The notes under the pieces are model-generated. The model saw only the letters and a program-made list of their open reading frames with translations, ran no database searches and was not told the origin of the DNA. DNA of 64,000 bases, taken from the NCBI GenBank assembly GCA_964016885.1, contig OZ024743.1:148614001-148678000 (forward strand), given 5' to 3'. The stretch is from Eledone cirrhosa. Its lineage: Eukaryota. Position 1 is the stretch's first letter, and every line of letters starts with the position of its first letter. Shown one piece after another: positions 14,133 through 26,781 of this stretch. The position numbers and the translations under genes were made by a program.

Positions 14133-14992
14133 CTAGCTGAATTACTCAGCGTTTCTTGGGTTACTGCTGTTCTTATTCAGATTAGTAAACAATAAATATG
14201 AAGATAAGTTTTTTTTTTCTCATAATTATTTCAAAATATCTATATTTTATTTTTTTAAATATCAAACTTGTAATAATGAAAGAAATTAGAAAGGAAAATC
14301 TATCAATCTTGAAGCACCTTAGGGTAAACAATATTCATTGTATAATTTTTTGTTGGTCTCCAAATTAATAAATTGTTGCTACACACTCACACACATACAT
14401 TCACGAAGCACCCAATGAACGTGCACACATACACTCACCGACACATACATATTCATATACAAAATATGACATAGTTGTGTTGTTTTCTATTGTTTTAATC
14501 CAAATGGAAATAAAAATTATCACTCATACACACATACACTCACACTCTCACATACACTCACATACATATACTAAAACAGACATACATTCATGCACACCTG
14601 TCTGTCATCACATATGCATCTGTATGTGTAGACGCGTGTGTGTGTTTAATTGTCTATATGTATGTGTAGATGAGTGTACATGTTTAATTCTCTGAGGCCT
14701 AACATATGTAATGAACTCGCAAACACACACACTCACTCGCAGACACATACACACACATATACAATGTGATGTTGTGGTGGTGGTTTACTATAGTTCACTA
14801 TAGAAAGGTTATTTTAGATAAAATATTATATTGTTTTAATCCAAATGAAAATAAAAATTACATGTTGACACTCCCGGGGTCTAATACTTGTAATATTTGT
14901 AAATTTGATTGGATTTGGTCCAGCCATTTGAGAATGCATAGGAACAGGCAGACAGAGAGGCAGAGAGATAAAGTATTTTATATAGAGACAGA
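14133..14992 (-). mobile_element. Second non-autonomous Helitron (older, same architecture as 8447-9604)
   Basis: Plus strand 'a|ctagctgaattactcagcgtttcttggg' at the left end and 'cagacagagaggcagagag...tttatatagaga' at the right end mirror the first Helitron. Internal duplication of 'tgttttaatccaaatg(g/a)aaataaaaatta'. Confidence 0.55.
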
Positions 14993-15199
14993 TACATGGT
15001 TATATAAAGGAAGATGTGAAGTTTGGCAAATAGATGTTTAAAAAGCCTGTAAAATGGTTGCTGATAGGAAGGATTTCAACCATAGAAAGCTCACCAAACA
15101 AAGATAGACAGGAATCTTTGGCTATGCCAAAGACATGAGGACCCCACCTAGTTCTAGTGCTATGATATAATGCACATTGTCCCCCACTGATGATTTTGT

Positions 15200-15363
15200 T
15201 TGACTAGGAAGAAAGAGCATTTTAACACCATTGCTGGGATCCAGAGTGAATCACAGAAGGTCCTTGACTTTCTTATGGAAAACGACTTCCAGGACGGATT
15301 CCAAAAGTGGCAGGAACGCTGGGACCAGTATACCAGTATATTGCTCCACAAGGTGAACTTTTG
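15200..15363 (+). mobile_element. Tc1/mariner transposase C-terminal relic
   Basis: Translation 'FNTIAGIQSESQKVLDFLMENDFQDGFQKWQERWDQ...IAPQG' matches the mariner C-terminal pattern (RF.TI..IQ...L..L...DFQ..F..W..RW..CI...G.YFE). Confidence 0.7.
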
Positions 15364-15370
15364 ATACAAC

Positions 15371-15447
<77 letters not shown>

Positions 15448-15494
15448 AATGAATAATAACAGGTAGACATCATAAAAAGGTAATTTATTCCGTG

Positions 15495-15606
15495 TGCTTA
15501 CAAATGTGTCCACGGTGGTAATACAGCCTAGTTATGCTATGTGCAAATTTACAACTATTTGCAGAACTCAAATATCAAATGCTGTGACCACTGTATCATC
15601 AGAGCA
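15495..15606 (-). ncRNA. Type I hammerhead-like motif with long stem II; core variant GACA instead of GAAA (probably inactive)
   Basis: UGCU-CUGAUGA-[UACAGUGGU-C-ACAGC ... GCUGU-AUU-ACCACCGUG]-GACA-CAUUUG-UA-AGCA. Stem I is UGCU/AGCA. Lies in the PLE 3' pLTR, where PLE HHRs are expected. Confidence 0.55.
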
Positions 15607-16105
15607 GAATGGTCAAAATGTACAATGTAAATACCCTTAAGTGAGGTTATTGGAGAAGATAGAGTAGAAAAGGAAGAGAGAAAAGTAGGGGAGAGGGAGA
15701 GAGAGAGAAAGATATGCAGGGGTTGGAGAAATAGGAGAGAGTGGTTTGTAGATATCTTAATCAAAATGTTATGGTAGGGGTTTTATTATAGTGGTTACTT
15801 TTAGAGAGATGGTTACTTTTAGAGTCAAGGTTGGAATTATTTATTGCCCCAGAGGGCAGGTTCATAGATGTGGAGAGGGAGGGAGGTAGACCAAAGGCGA
15901 GAGAGAGAGAGTGGAATGGATATAGAGGGAGAGATAGAGAGGGAACAGACGAAGTCTATGGGGTGGGTGAACTTTGGGTTCGTAGTAGTAATCTGCGAAT
16001 TGCACTGAGTTACCATTTATAGTGATAAGCAGGGTATTGTCTTGTAGTGTGGGGGAAGAGAAGGTGGTTAGCTAGAAAGCGATGTTATAGTTACGGGTTC
16101 GAATG

Positions 16106-17853
16106 TTAAGTTATTTTATAGTGAGAGAATTTAGCTTTTAGTTTGTGGTTGCAGTATAATGATCGTTCGATTCTATCGTTAAGTAGTTTATTTTTGGATT
16201 TTAATATGTAAAAGAGTGCAAGGTTACATAATCTACAGTACTTCAATCCACTCCGATATGCACTTGCGCTGGAAAGTATATCCCATTTTAAGGTGAACTG
16301 TTGGTTGCGTTCACGGAGTTGCCAGGTCTTGTTGGCGAGCGTGGTGACAAAACGGTGATCAGGATGTTTGATTGAGAATCGATGACGGTACCAGCGAGAT
16401 TTAAACGAGGTGGTGGTAGATCCGATGTAATACCATTTCTCGTCGTTCGATTCAACCGTGCATTGGTAAACAATGTTGGACTTTAGGCATTCATTCTTCA
16501 ATGGACATCTTTCAGGTAGATGGCAGTTACATTTTTTGTTGTGGGTAGCGGGTATACCATGGATAGGTTGTGATAGCAGTACAGGTGGGTTGTGTAATAC
16601 CCGTCTCCCATTTAGTGGTTGGGAGGCAGATATTACGTTCTGCCCATCTGTTACCAAAATATTTTGTTTTGTAGTGTTGTTTAATTGCTTTAAGTTAAGT
16701 TTTTTTATGTATGCTTCAAGGTTTGGTGCCGTGGAGTATGATAGTCTGATAGTTTTAGAGTTCAGAATTTTACTGTATTTATGGGAACTAGGGAAATGCT
16801 TGTTGATTAACTTAAAGAATGAAAGAGATAGTTTTGTACTAATCGAGGCATTAAAAATAGGATTGTACCAGATATACTTTCTACAACGTGATTTATTTGG
16901 TGGTGATTTTCTATTATTAGTATGTCTGGTGGTACTGTGTGTGTGCGCTTGTATTTTAGTCCCCCGGTTACGTATTCCTTGATTTCGTGTAGAGCTATGT
17001 GTGTTATGGAGATTCTTATCAATGTATTCTATTGTATCCCGGTGGTCGGCATTCCTTAATGCATTATTATAGTATTCAGCGTGTTCACTAAATATTTCAG
17101 AGTCAGACGATAGGCGAGAGATTCTAAGAGAAATACTACGGGGAACCGATTTGATCATGGAGAGTGGGTGGTTTAAGTTAAAGTTGATATACGTAAGGTT
17201 CTCATTTATCTTGTGGAAGGGTCGTATCAGTCCGGTATTTAAATTAAGAGTTACGTCCAGAAAATTTACTACTTTAAGATTGTATTCGTATGTTATTTTT
17301 AGACCCAGTTCACTAAAAGATTTTCTAATATTTTTCCGTAGCCTTTCAAGATTTTGGTTATTCAAGTTATTAACTAATAAGAGCCCGTCATCTCTGTATA
17401 ATACCCCCCCCCACCCTGTAGATTACTAAATTTACTATGTAGTATGTGGGCTATGTAAATTCCCACAAGATCCGTGACCTCCGCTGAGTCGTTGGAACCC
17501 ATGGTAATGTCGAAGTTTGTGGGTCTGTCCTTACGTTCCCAGTAGCAGTTATCAAACTTAATAATAGTTTTTCTAGCCTCGAGAATAATATTAATTTCGT
17601 CCTCCGTTAGGTCGAAATTGACTTTAGCAAACGATAGGGCCTTACGTAAAGTGCCGGGTGAGATTGAAGAGTAGTATTCGTCTATGTCAAATTGTATAAA
17701 CTTAGATTTATTCTTATTCTTAACGTTATTAAACCAGCGAATTGCTTCGCTAGTCTTGCCCCATAATTTAATTTCAATTTTCTTTTTCACTTGAGTTATT
17801 ACTCTGTCAAGTATATGTTTGCTAATGTTTCCTATGTCTGATTTAGAAGGGCA
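16106..17853 (-). pseudogene. PLE RT-endonuclease polyprotein, broken by one frameshift at a C9 run (17404-17412)
   Basis: ORFs 17374..17916 (RT N-part) and 16106..17365 (RT C-part, thumb, EN) join across the homopolymer; LYRDDGL is read in the downstream frame. Confidence 0.85.
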
Positions 17854-17860
17854 TATATAT

Positions 17861-20262
17861 ATCATCATCATCATCATCATCATCACCATTTTACATCTAT
17901 TCTTCCATGCTAGCATGAGTTAGACGGGTTGTCCTGTTGTGGGCAATGCTAAGTCAGGTGACCATGTCTTGCTCATACAGAACTGATTCTGGCTTGATTT
18001 TTACAGCTGGATGCCCTTCCTAACTAAAACCTCATTTACAGTGAGTACTAGGTGCTTTTTTACCGTGGCACCTTCATGACCACTTTACAGTGGGGCATAC
18101 TGTCTATAGGCTTCAGCTTCAGCTTGTACACATGGGAAGTTGGGTCTTCTGTATTACTGCATAATGCCAGAGATCTCAGTTTGTGTCATCCACTTTGAGA
18201 GGTGCAATTGTGCAAGGTTAGCTTTTATCCCCTCATCCCAGGTCTTCTTGGGTCTCCTTACTCCAAGGCTTCTATCGAATTTTAGTGCTCTGCAACTTTT
18301 TATGCAGCTGTCATACTTCATATGTATCACATGTCCATACCAATATAATCTCAGTCAATCTTTCATTTTGAGGGAAAAGCCTTTCATAGCTACCAGTGGT
18401 AGTATCTCCCTGAACTTCTTCCATCTTGTTCTTACCCTCGTTACTGTACTTTCAGAACACCCACCTCCAGTGCTAATTCAGACACCTAGGTAGCAGAAGC
18501 TATCTACTGTTTCTACAGTGCCCTCCCAGAATTTAGTAGTGCTTGTTTCCTGTAGCCGTTTGCTTCTTACTATTCCGGTGCAACTGCTATATGTAAAGCC
18601 TACATTCTTAACTAAACTTCCTGAGATCCTACTACATCTCTTGTGTACCCATAGTTTGCATTCGGAACAGAGGGTGGAATTTATACCTACGCCATTCCTA
18701 CATACTGAGCAAGGCCATTTCAATGAGGGGATCTGGGTTCTGTTTTCTCATCTACTTACGAGGACCTTAGTTTTTGTCAGGTTGACTTTGATACCACTTT
18801 CTAGTCCTTGCTTCCATGTTTGGAATTTCTTCTGTAGTTCCACCATAGTTTCAGCTATAAGTGCAAGATCATCTGCGTACAGAAGTTCCCATGGGCATCT
18901 GGTCTTAAACTCCTCTCTTATAGCCTGCAATTTGATAATAAACAGGAGAGGGCTAAGAACAGAACCCTGGTGGACACCGACCTGTATGCTAACTTTGCAG
19001 ACTGCTCCCCTATACATGGTTTGTACAGCCTTCACAAGCCATTCATCTACTCCTATTTTTTAAGAGCCCACCAGATAATAGCACGGCACACTCTGTCGAA
19101 GGCTTTTTCCAGATTGACAAATGCCAGGTAGAGCGGCTTACTTTTAGCAAGGTACTTTTCCTGTAACTGCCTCACAAGGAAGAGTGCACCAGTGGGGCTT
19201 TTGCCTGGCATAAACCAAAATTGTATCTCATCTTGATTTACCCAGTCCCTAATCAGCTGTACTATAACTCTTTCTGTTACATTCATGACCTGGTCCATCA
19301 GCTTTATACCTCTATAGTTTCCTCTATCTAGTGTATCTCCTTTGCCCTTGTAGCAGTTGACAATGATGCTGCTGCACCAATCCTTTGGTATAATACCCTC
19401 TAGTATTACTTGGTTAACAATACGTGTGATTATGGTGTGACCTACTGACCCAGATTCTTTCAGCATCTTGGCAGCTATATCCAATGGAACGGTTGCCTTC
19501 CCTGTCTTCATATCTTTAATTGCCTTACTTACTACACTGCTGCTGACTTGTATTGCTGGGCCCTCTATAGGGTGCACTTGGGTTAGGGTCTCTTTTTACC
19601 ATGCATTCTCCTCATTCAGTAATCTTTCATAATGGCTTTTCCATGCAGCTTTCTTCTCAGCATTTGTGCAGGCAAGCTCACCATTATCATTCCGGATACA
19701 CTTCTCTCCAATGACATCATAATTTTCACTAATACATTGCCTCGCAATCCTGAACACCTCCTGTTTCTGGTCCTCACGCTGCAAAACATGCTTGTATTTT
19801 TTTATCCTCCGCTTCCCTTCTAGCTAAGTATATTTGTTGCCTAGCTTCCCTCCTGGTCTCTATATAATGTACCCTGCTTCCCCCATTCTTCCATTGTTTC
19901 CATGCCTGTCTCTTAGCCTTAATTGCCTCATCTACCTTATTGTTCCCAGACCAAGTCACTCTCTTTCTCCCTGTAGTCTTCCTCCAACCACAAATCTCGT
20001 CTGTCACCTTTAGTAAGTTATTTTTTAGGAACTCTCAATGCTCTTCTATATTGAATGTCCCTATCTGTTCTCCTTTACTGTCATAGGCATCAAGTAAGAT
20101 ATCTTTAAATCTGTTACTGGTAAAGGCATCTTTCAGCTTCCAGATCTTTCTTCTCCAGGGTGTCTTCTGTTTCCAAGTTCCTCTAGTTCTGACAATGAGG
20201 TCGTTGACAACTAACTTATGTTGGGGGGAACATTCCTCACCAGGGAAGGCTTTTGTGTTTTT
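17861..20262 (-). mobile_element. RTE-clade LINE, 5'-truncated and decayed, with (ATG)n tail
   Basis: ORF pieces: APE end 'FPGEECSPQHKLVV'; RT 'KGKGD..DRGNYRGIKL', 'AFVNLEKAFDRV', 'GVHQGSVLSPLLF', 'ELLYADDLAL'; Cys-rich 'KWPCSVCRNGVGINS..CSECKLWVHKRCS'. The 3' UTR carries 'ggaagggcatccagctgta' and ends in (ATG)n. Confidence 0.9.
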
Positions 20263-20271
20263 ATATATATA

Positions 20272-20685
20272 TTTCTTAGCTGCGTACGGACCTATAATAA
20301 GACACACGCACACACACACACACACACTAACTCATGCTTACGCATGTGCTCAAGTATAGCGCTTTTTACAAAACGTTTTTTTTTTTCCATTTCAGGTAGA
20401 CGCCTGCCATCATGAACTTTTCTAAAAAAATTAATCATACACAAAACGCCAGCACCAACAGTTTTGCAAGAGATGTCAACATGAATGGACCTGATATTTT
20501 TATCTAAAGACATTTTTTCCAATTCTAACCCGCTCGTCTCCTCAATCTATTTTATTTCTCATTCTTTCTTCTGATGAAGGACAAGCGTCCGAAACGTTAA
20601 GACCCTCTTCCTGCTATATCAAGCGTTAACCTAATATATACCTTCCATATACTGTACCGTTTGTGTTGTTATTTCTGTTTACCTT

Positions 20686-20690
<5 letters not shown>
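20272..20690 (+). mobile_element. Short non-coding HHR-bearing insert (PLE pLTR or retrozyme-like) flanked by (TA)n
   Basis: Contains the HHR at 20567-20602; 3' part homologous to 40486-40720 (minus); followed by (TA)n. Confidence 0.6.
20567..20602 (+). ncRNA. Minimal type I hammerhead ribozyme
   Basis: UCUU-CUGAUGA-A-GGAC(AAGC)GUCC-GAAA-CG-UU-AAGA: stem I UCUU/AAGA, 4-bp stem II, palindromic ACGU stem III as in PLE minimal HHRs that act as dimers. Confidence 0.8.
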
Positions 20691-20765
<75 letters not shown>

Positions 20766-20846
20766 GTATATATAGAGAGAGAGAAAGAGGGAGGGGGAGA
20801 TCAAAGTAGAGAGGGAGACAGACTGAGAGAATAGATGGATAGATAT

Positions 20847-22597
20847 CTTTCTTTATTTGCCACAGGGGCGTACAAAAATGGGACATTGCAAGACGTGATG
20901 GCCGGGTTTTACATAAAAATAACTTTAACATTAATAAATAACGATAAACTATATATAATAAAATAACAATTGAAATCCCAAATAAGGGGGAACGTTACTG
21001 CAGGGTTGTTTTACACCCCGTGGATAGAACAACCCTCAACACCAGGAACACGTTTTGTAGGTGTTCCCGTCTTCCCTCTGTTTATCTTCCTCAACCTACA
21101 GGTTTATACAGAGAAGGCCCATTCACTCGGGCCATTTTTGCCACATTCACCCACCGTTCAGCGAATTTACTGGGGTGTAGCACCTCTCTCTCCACTCTCA
21201 CTTTCTTTCTGAAGTGGTACTTAAAGAAGGGGATCAGTTGTTGTCCGGAGAGAAAGGTGTTTGCCCTCAGTACTTTTAACTTCGTCCACCATAGCCACCA
21301 GGCAGAGGAAAACTGCCTCTCTTTCATTCTTAAATGAAGGCGGCGGATTGATCCTCACGATAGACTTGGCTGACAACTAGATGCGTCCCACGCGTGACAG
21401 TAGCTGTTCAATATAATTCCACAGGTCGGTCATCTCTGGGCACTGAACCATTGCGTGAAGAACGGTTTCGATATCCTGCTCGCATTTTGGACAGGTCCTT
21501 TTGGCAGGATCTCCGCTAGGGCGTCCATTGTTGTAGATTTTGTCTCGAACTGGTAGAGCTCCTCGGTAGCACTGCTAGGCCAGAGAACTCTGGAAGTTAT
21601 CCATAGGCCCTGGACAGAAAGTCCTCCCGAACAGACTGGTCACTTCGTCTTCCTCGATGCCTAGAATTTCCCCGAGAATGTCATCGCACTTATGCTCCAC
21701 TAATCCCCTATAGAATGTCGAAGTGGAGTCTTCACTGATTGCTGTTTCCGCTTGGTAGAGCGCTGTGAACGCCCGAAGGCACTCGAGGTGCCAGACACCC
21801 ATTTTTAGTCTTCGCTTGACCCAGGACTGCAGCTCTGTTAGTGAGATAAGTTGTGGAAGAGCTTGTCTCACAAACGACAGTCACACCGGTTCGCTGGTCA
21901 GGAATACCTGGAGATGGCGTAGCCTCAGCGCGTGTTTGCACATCATCAGCCACGGCATGCCCAGCCCTCTGTTAGAAGGGTGTTGACAGCAGATGGATCT
22001 CCTCACCAATGGAGCTTGTTTCTTCCAGAGGAACTTGAAGAGAAGGCGTTCCATTTTGGTGAGGTATTCGCGGGGATAAGGCACGACTGTCAAGTGGTAT
22101 TAGATGATGGATACTATGTAAGTGTTCGCCACCTCTGCTCAACCTTTCAAGGAGAGTTTGCACTCAGCCCACTTCTGGGTGAGTGCAAACACCTTCGCCG
22201 TGACTTCATTGCAGGTCTTGTCCACCTGGAGGTCTGGACCAAACCAGCAATTTCACCGGTCCTTCCGTCCGGCGTCTAACGACACTTTCGGAAGGCATGG
22301 GATTGCCTCTCCATGTGCCGAGTTGCAAACCGACAGACTTGTTTGGGTTTAGTCTTGCTCCTGTCAATGTTCCGTATTCCTGTAATAGGTTGCCGATTAC
22401 CCCGATTTATGAGGTTTTCGACACCATTACGGTTATGTTGTTGGCATAGGCCGACGCTGCTTTCCACAGTCCTGGTTTGATCGGGTTGCCCTGCAACAGC
22501 TCCAACTTCCGTAGTAATGGCTCGAGAGTCAGTACATACAGAATGGAGGAGAGAGGGCATCCCTGACGCATGGAACGCATGATTTGGAATGGCTCCA
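20847..22597 (-). mobile_element. Tx1/L1-clade LINE, 5'-truncated, in a (GATA)n-like tract
   Basis: ORF pieces 'RSMRQGCPLSSILYVLTLEPLL', 'ERLLFKFLWK...CCQHP..GLGMPWL', 'KYHFRKKVRVEREVL'. The 3' end 'aataaagaaag' matches the copy ending at ~57982. Both flanks are gata/atct repeats. Confidence 0.9.
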
Positions 22598-23222
22598 ATA
22601 GATTGATAGATTGAATAGATAGACAGATAGATAAGTATGTAAGTAGATACACACCAATATACAACATACGACTCTATTCAGAATTTATTCAGAATTTATT
22701 CAGAATCTTCATAAATTGAAATTATTGGAGACTTTGCTACTTTTGCATTGCAATTAATAAATAATCGAATGGTGTGGTACTACATGACAAAAGCTTAGCT
22801 TGAAACTACTACCATATTTCCACTGATAATATATTGTTTCTATAATTTCACACCTTTTTCTACAATGATACAAAGATATGAAGACGTGTGATATCTCGAG
22901 CACTAATTACATCAGATGATGCTATACATCGTTTTACTTTCTAAACTTTCTTTATTATGAATAAGTTGACTTTTCTTATTTTGGTTTATTAGTTGCCTGT
23001 GTGTTACTTTATGTATGTGTGCGTGAGTGAATGTGTTTATGTGTGTGTGTGTTTGTACATGTGTTTGCCCGAATAGGAGTAAGCATATGTGTGTTCTTGA
23101 AGTGTTTTAACATAGTTTTCAAGTATATGTAGATACAGTCATGCAAGAGATTGTATTCATCTATATATGTGTATGTATATAGGTTCATATATATATATAT
23201 ATATATACATAAATCATATATA

Positions 23223-23265
<43 letters not shown>

Positions 23266-23349
23266 GTGTGTGTGCGTGTGTGTATGTGTGTGTGAGTGTG
23301 CATGGCTGGGTGTTTGTGGGTGGGTGTAACTGTGTAAGTATATGTGTGT

Positions 23350-23660
23350 GCATATCTTCCATATATGGGAAAATTCTGGAGAAGCCTATGGGAATTGCTG
23401 TAATCTCTGATGCCATAAAACACACAGTGTTCTGCAAGGCAGAATCCACTGAAACTGCTCTAGCGAATGCATCTTATTGCAACATCTGTGAATCTGTGTG
23501 TAAATCAAATGCTGGACCCAGATCTCACCAGACATACATACACATACCCACACTCCAAACAGCAGCTGCATTGACCATCATGGAACACATCTGCACAAAA
23601 TATGGTCTTGCATGAAAGTCAATAGCATACTTGTCATCTCCTTCACAACACCACAAATCA
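23350..23660 (+). pseudogene. Decayed C2H2 zinc-finger-like relic (TE-derived or ZNF pseudogene)
   Basis: 'YCNICESVCKSNAGPRSHQTYIH' fits C-x2-C-x12-H-x4-H; flanking 'IYGKILEKPMG...IKH' and 'ICTKYGLA*KSIAYLSS..QHH' look like eroded fingers. Confidence 0.35.
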
Positions 23661-24882
23661 TTTATCAGCCACAAACTGTCATATCTGCATCAGTCACCTT
23701 CAATTCCCTCTTACTTGTCAGCTTTTTAACTTTTCTTTTGTTTTTAATTTTATTTTCAATTCACTAAGAATGCACGCACATACACAGAGTCACACACACA
23801 CACACTCATATATATACATATATGTGATAGTACTAAAATCATGCTTTATTGAAAGTAACACACACACCCAAACATAGGCACATACACATATAGGCACACA
23901 CATATTTACTAGTACTAGCATGTTATCTTGAATTTAAAATAAACACACACCCACAGTCACATATATATGTGTGCGCACACAGACACACAAATTTACTGAT
24001 GCTAATATGCTATCGTGAAGCTAATATATACACATTCACTCCCATATACATTCACACATGCACATTTACTAGTGCTAACATGCTATCTTAAAGCAAGCAT
24101 GTTGGCAGGTACAATAGCTTTCATACATATAGGTATTCTTATAGTTGTTATGCATTTTTTGTATCTTTTTGCTCTTTTAGGTTTTTGTTTTATTCTTGGG
24201 TTGTTTATTCTTTTGTTTATATTGTTCTTTTACAGTGTACTTTGATCTAATGTTGTGGTTATTTTCCTTTGTAATAAATTTGATTCTTCATCTTTCCGTT
24301 ATTCTCAATTCTTCACCATAGATTTATAGTTTAAAATTATTGCTTCTACATATTTGGTTACATTTTTCATTCCTCCATATGTGTTTATATTCTCAGTTCT
24401 TAATCTTCCATTCTATTTTAGGCTGTTCATCATTTGTTCTGTACTTCGTAATTCCTCTTTGGTTATAATCTTACTTCTTCAGCTATGATTATATTCTTGG
24501 ATGTTTATATTTGATTATATTATTCATTGCATAACTTTGGTTATAAAGTTTGTTCTTTATCATTGGTGAAAGCTATTCAATGGCAAAAATAATGCCTATA
24601 TTTAATTGAATGGAAAAAATAGACTATATTTACCTACCTTTAAGAATAGCTGGCTTGAAAAAGAAATACAGATTTCATTTTGCTTATAAAACTAAATATA
24701 CTTAACTTAAAGTAATTGATTAATAAAAATTGTTTAACATACTATGTAAACAATGTTGTTTATCAGTTCACTGATTAAAAGTAATTGATGTATATATATA
24801 TATCAAACATATAAAGAATGAGGTTAAATGTATTACAAAATATATGAATTCCGCCCCTCCCCATATATATATATATATATAT

Positions 24883-25840
24883 AGTGCAGTGAATTTCTTT
24901 AAAAAAATGTCTGTCTTAAGTTAGCAGAGCACTCAGTCTGAGGGACTATTTGTTTTGTAGTATATAAAGTTATGTTAAATTCACATATTCATCTGTTGAA
25001 TACATGACATCTTTGAAATGTATGTTGACAGAATGTGAGTTCTACTAGAGAATTCTTATGGCAGGCGAGAGAACTTGTGGGTTTCCGTTACCAGTTATAT
25101 AAGGAAAGAAAACACTTATTTAAGCATGTGTAAAATAGGAAGAATTATATTATGGTTGCAGAATATATTATGTATGCTTGAAAGATATAGCAAAGCATTT
25201 ACCTAAAGGTTTTCTTGGGTGCTAGACAAATGTTATAGAGATTAGAGCTTCAAAGAAGGAGTGCTCTTTCTTTCTTATTTAGTGTGTTAAAAAAGATATT
25301 ATAGAGATGAAAGTTTTACAATGAGGCGTACGGATAAGCTCAGAGCACACGGTTGTGGATTGTGATTCTCCAGGTATTATCTGGGTTTCATCAAATTATG
25401 TAGGATGTATTTCAGTATGTGGTGGCAGTGGTTGAAAAATTATGTAGAATGTATTTCAGTATGTGGTGGCCGTGTTTGAAAAAATAAACCCTCATATTTG
25501 GGTATATTTTCATAGTATGCAGCCATCTTAAGATGTTCTATTATTCATTGTTGCACAATTTACATGTCTTTTTATCGTTTAGGTAAGGATTCAATTTTTC
25601 CAGGATTTTCCATTTAATGAAGAAGACCACACCTGCATCATTGAACCACTAGAAGTGACTTGCCAGCTTCATGGCTGTTCGTTTATCTGATTGCCTAAAA
25701 GTTGTTTCATCATTTAGAAAGTGGCTTTTGAAGTATCCCTCTGACATACTCACATACATCCTGATATCCTGCTGCTGATTTGGTTGGATAGAGGTTACCT
25801 CATCCACATATACCTCTGTGGGTGTGTTACACGACTGAAT
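24883..25840 (-). mobile_element. Decayed Hydra-like PLE 3' fragment (GIY-YIG + pLTR) ending in (TA)n
   Basis: Minus-strand translation of ~25500-25835: 'CNTPTEVYVDEV...YVSMSEGYFKSHFLNDETTFR...KLASHF*...IKWKILEK..PY...KTCKLCNNE', colinear with the EN of 16106..17365. Confidence 0.7.
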
Positions 25841-25971
25841 TCCTGATTTTTATTTCATATTCTTAATCTTCGATCCTCTTTCTCTTCACTCTTCTTCTCA
25901 CTTCATCCACCACTGTATTTCATTTTACATTCATTCAAATCCAGTATAGTAAATTTAACTCTCATATACAC

Positions 25972-26362
25972 CAGGGGCTGGCAAACGTTTTGGACCGGTG
26001 GCCACATTGACTGGGTCATGAACACCAGAGGGCAACACCATTTATTATTGGATATAGTGTGCCTGTAACCTTACTTTCCTTCAGTTTGAATTTAGAAAAT
26101 ATTAAATACAAACTGCATCATTATAATACATAAATTAATAAAATGATTAAATACAAAAATATTAAAACAACGTTTTCTTTTAATTTGTGTCTGTACATCA
26201 CAAAACATACCAGAACAAAAGCGTAACTAGATCTAGTCTCGGCTTAAGTATTATATCCGAACATTTTTTAATTTTTTTATTTTATTAATTTGCCGCATGC
26301 TTCCACGGGCCACACAAAACTCTTTAGCATTTGGCCTGTAGGCTGTAGTTTTCCCACCCCTG
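25972..26362. mobile_element. hAT (Charlie-type) MITE, 391 bp
   Basis: Imperfect TIRs CAGGGGCTGGCAAAC / GTTTTCCCACCCCTG; 8-bp TSD atatacac (25964-25971) / atatgcac (26363-26370). Confidence 0.8.
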
Positions 26363-26781
26363 ATATGCACCATGGTTTGCTTTGGACTACAATAATATCT
26401 ATGATAAGTGATGGCAGTAATAACAACAAACCCATGGACAGTTGGTGGGTGGCTTTGTTGTTATTGATGTTGTTGTCAAAAACAGATAGGCATACATACA
26501 GACAGATTGATAGATAAATAGATAGATAGACATTGTTGTTATTGTTCTTGTCTCATTGCTGAGCTGCTCACTAACACTTTAGCTTGTTAATGTTTATTGT
26601 AGTTGTTTTAAACAAAGATACAGAAAAGTAAATTAGAGGGAGAGAAATAAGAAATATGAGAGATAGGAACCGCCCCTTCCTTACTTATATTTCCCCATAT
26701 GTCTGTTTTGTCTATTTGTGATGATGCATGGGTAGAGTTCAACTTCCTTGCGAAACTAAAATGGTGTATTATATATATATA

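Larger units (their letters stand above)
15444..17853 (-). mobile_element. Penelope-like retroelement, Hydra-like clade (RT + C-terminal GIY-YIG), 5'-truncated, inserted in (TA)n
   Basis: RT motifs FIQFDIDEYYSSI, FDITMGSNDSAEV, LYRDDGL and VNFLDVTLNL; linker CxCx5CPLx3C; EN 'NIVYQC...YYIGST...FKSRWYRH...LKWDIL...CRLC...CNH'. About 660 bp of 3' UTR/pLTR runs into (TA)n at ~15374-15443. The clade label rests on recalled motif patterns, not a tree. Confidence 0.85.

Noticed and set aside
16106-17365. Naiad-type selenoprotein PLE
   Set aside because: The EN is C-terminal, there is no in-frame TGA and all motif cysteines are ordinary Cys codons.
25393-25483. ~46-bp tandem duplication (another short one at ~48218-48275)
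   Set aside because: Ordinary local slippage duplications.
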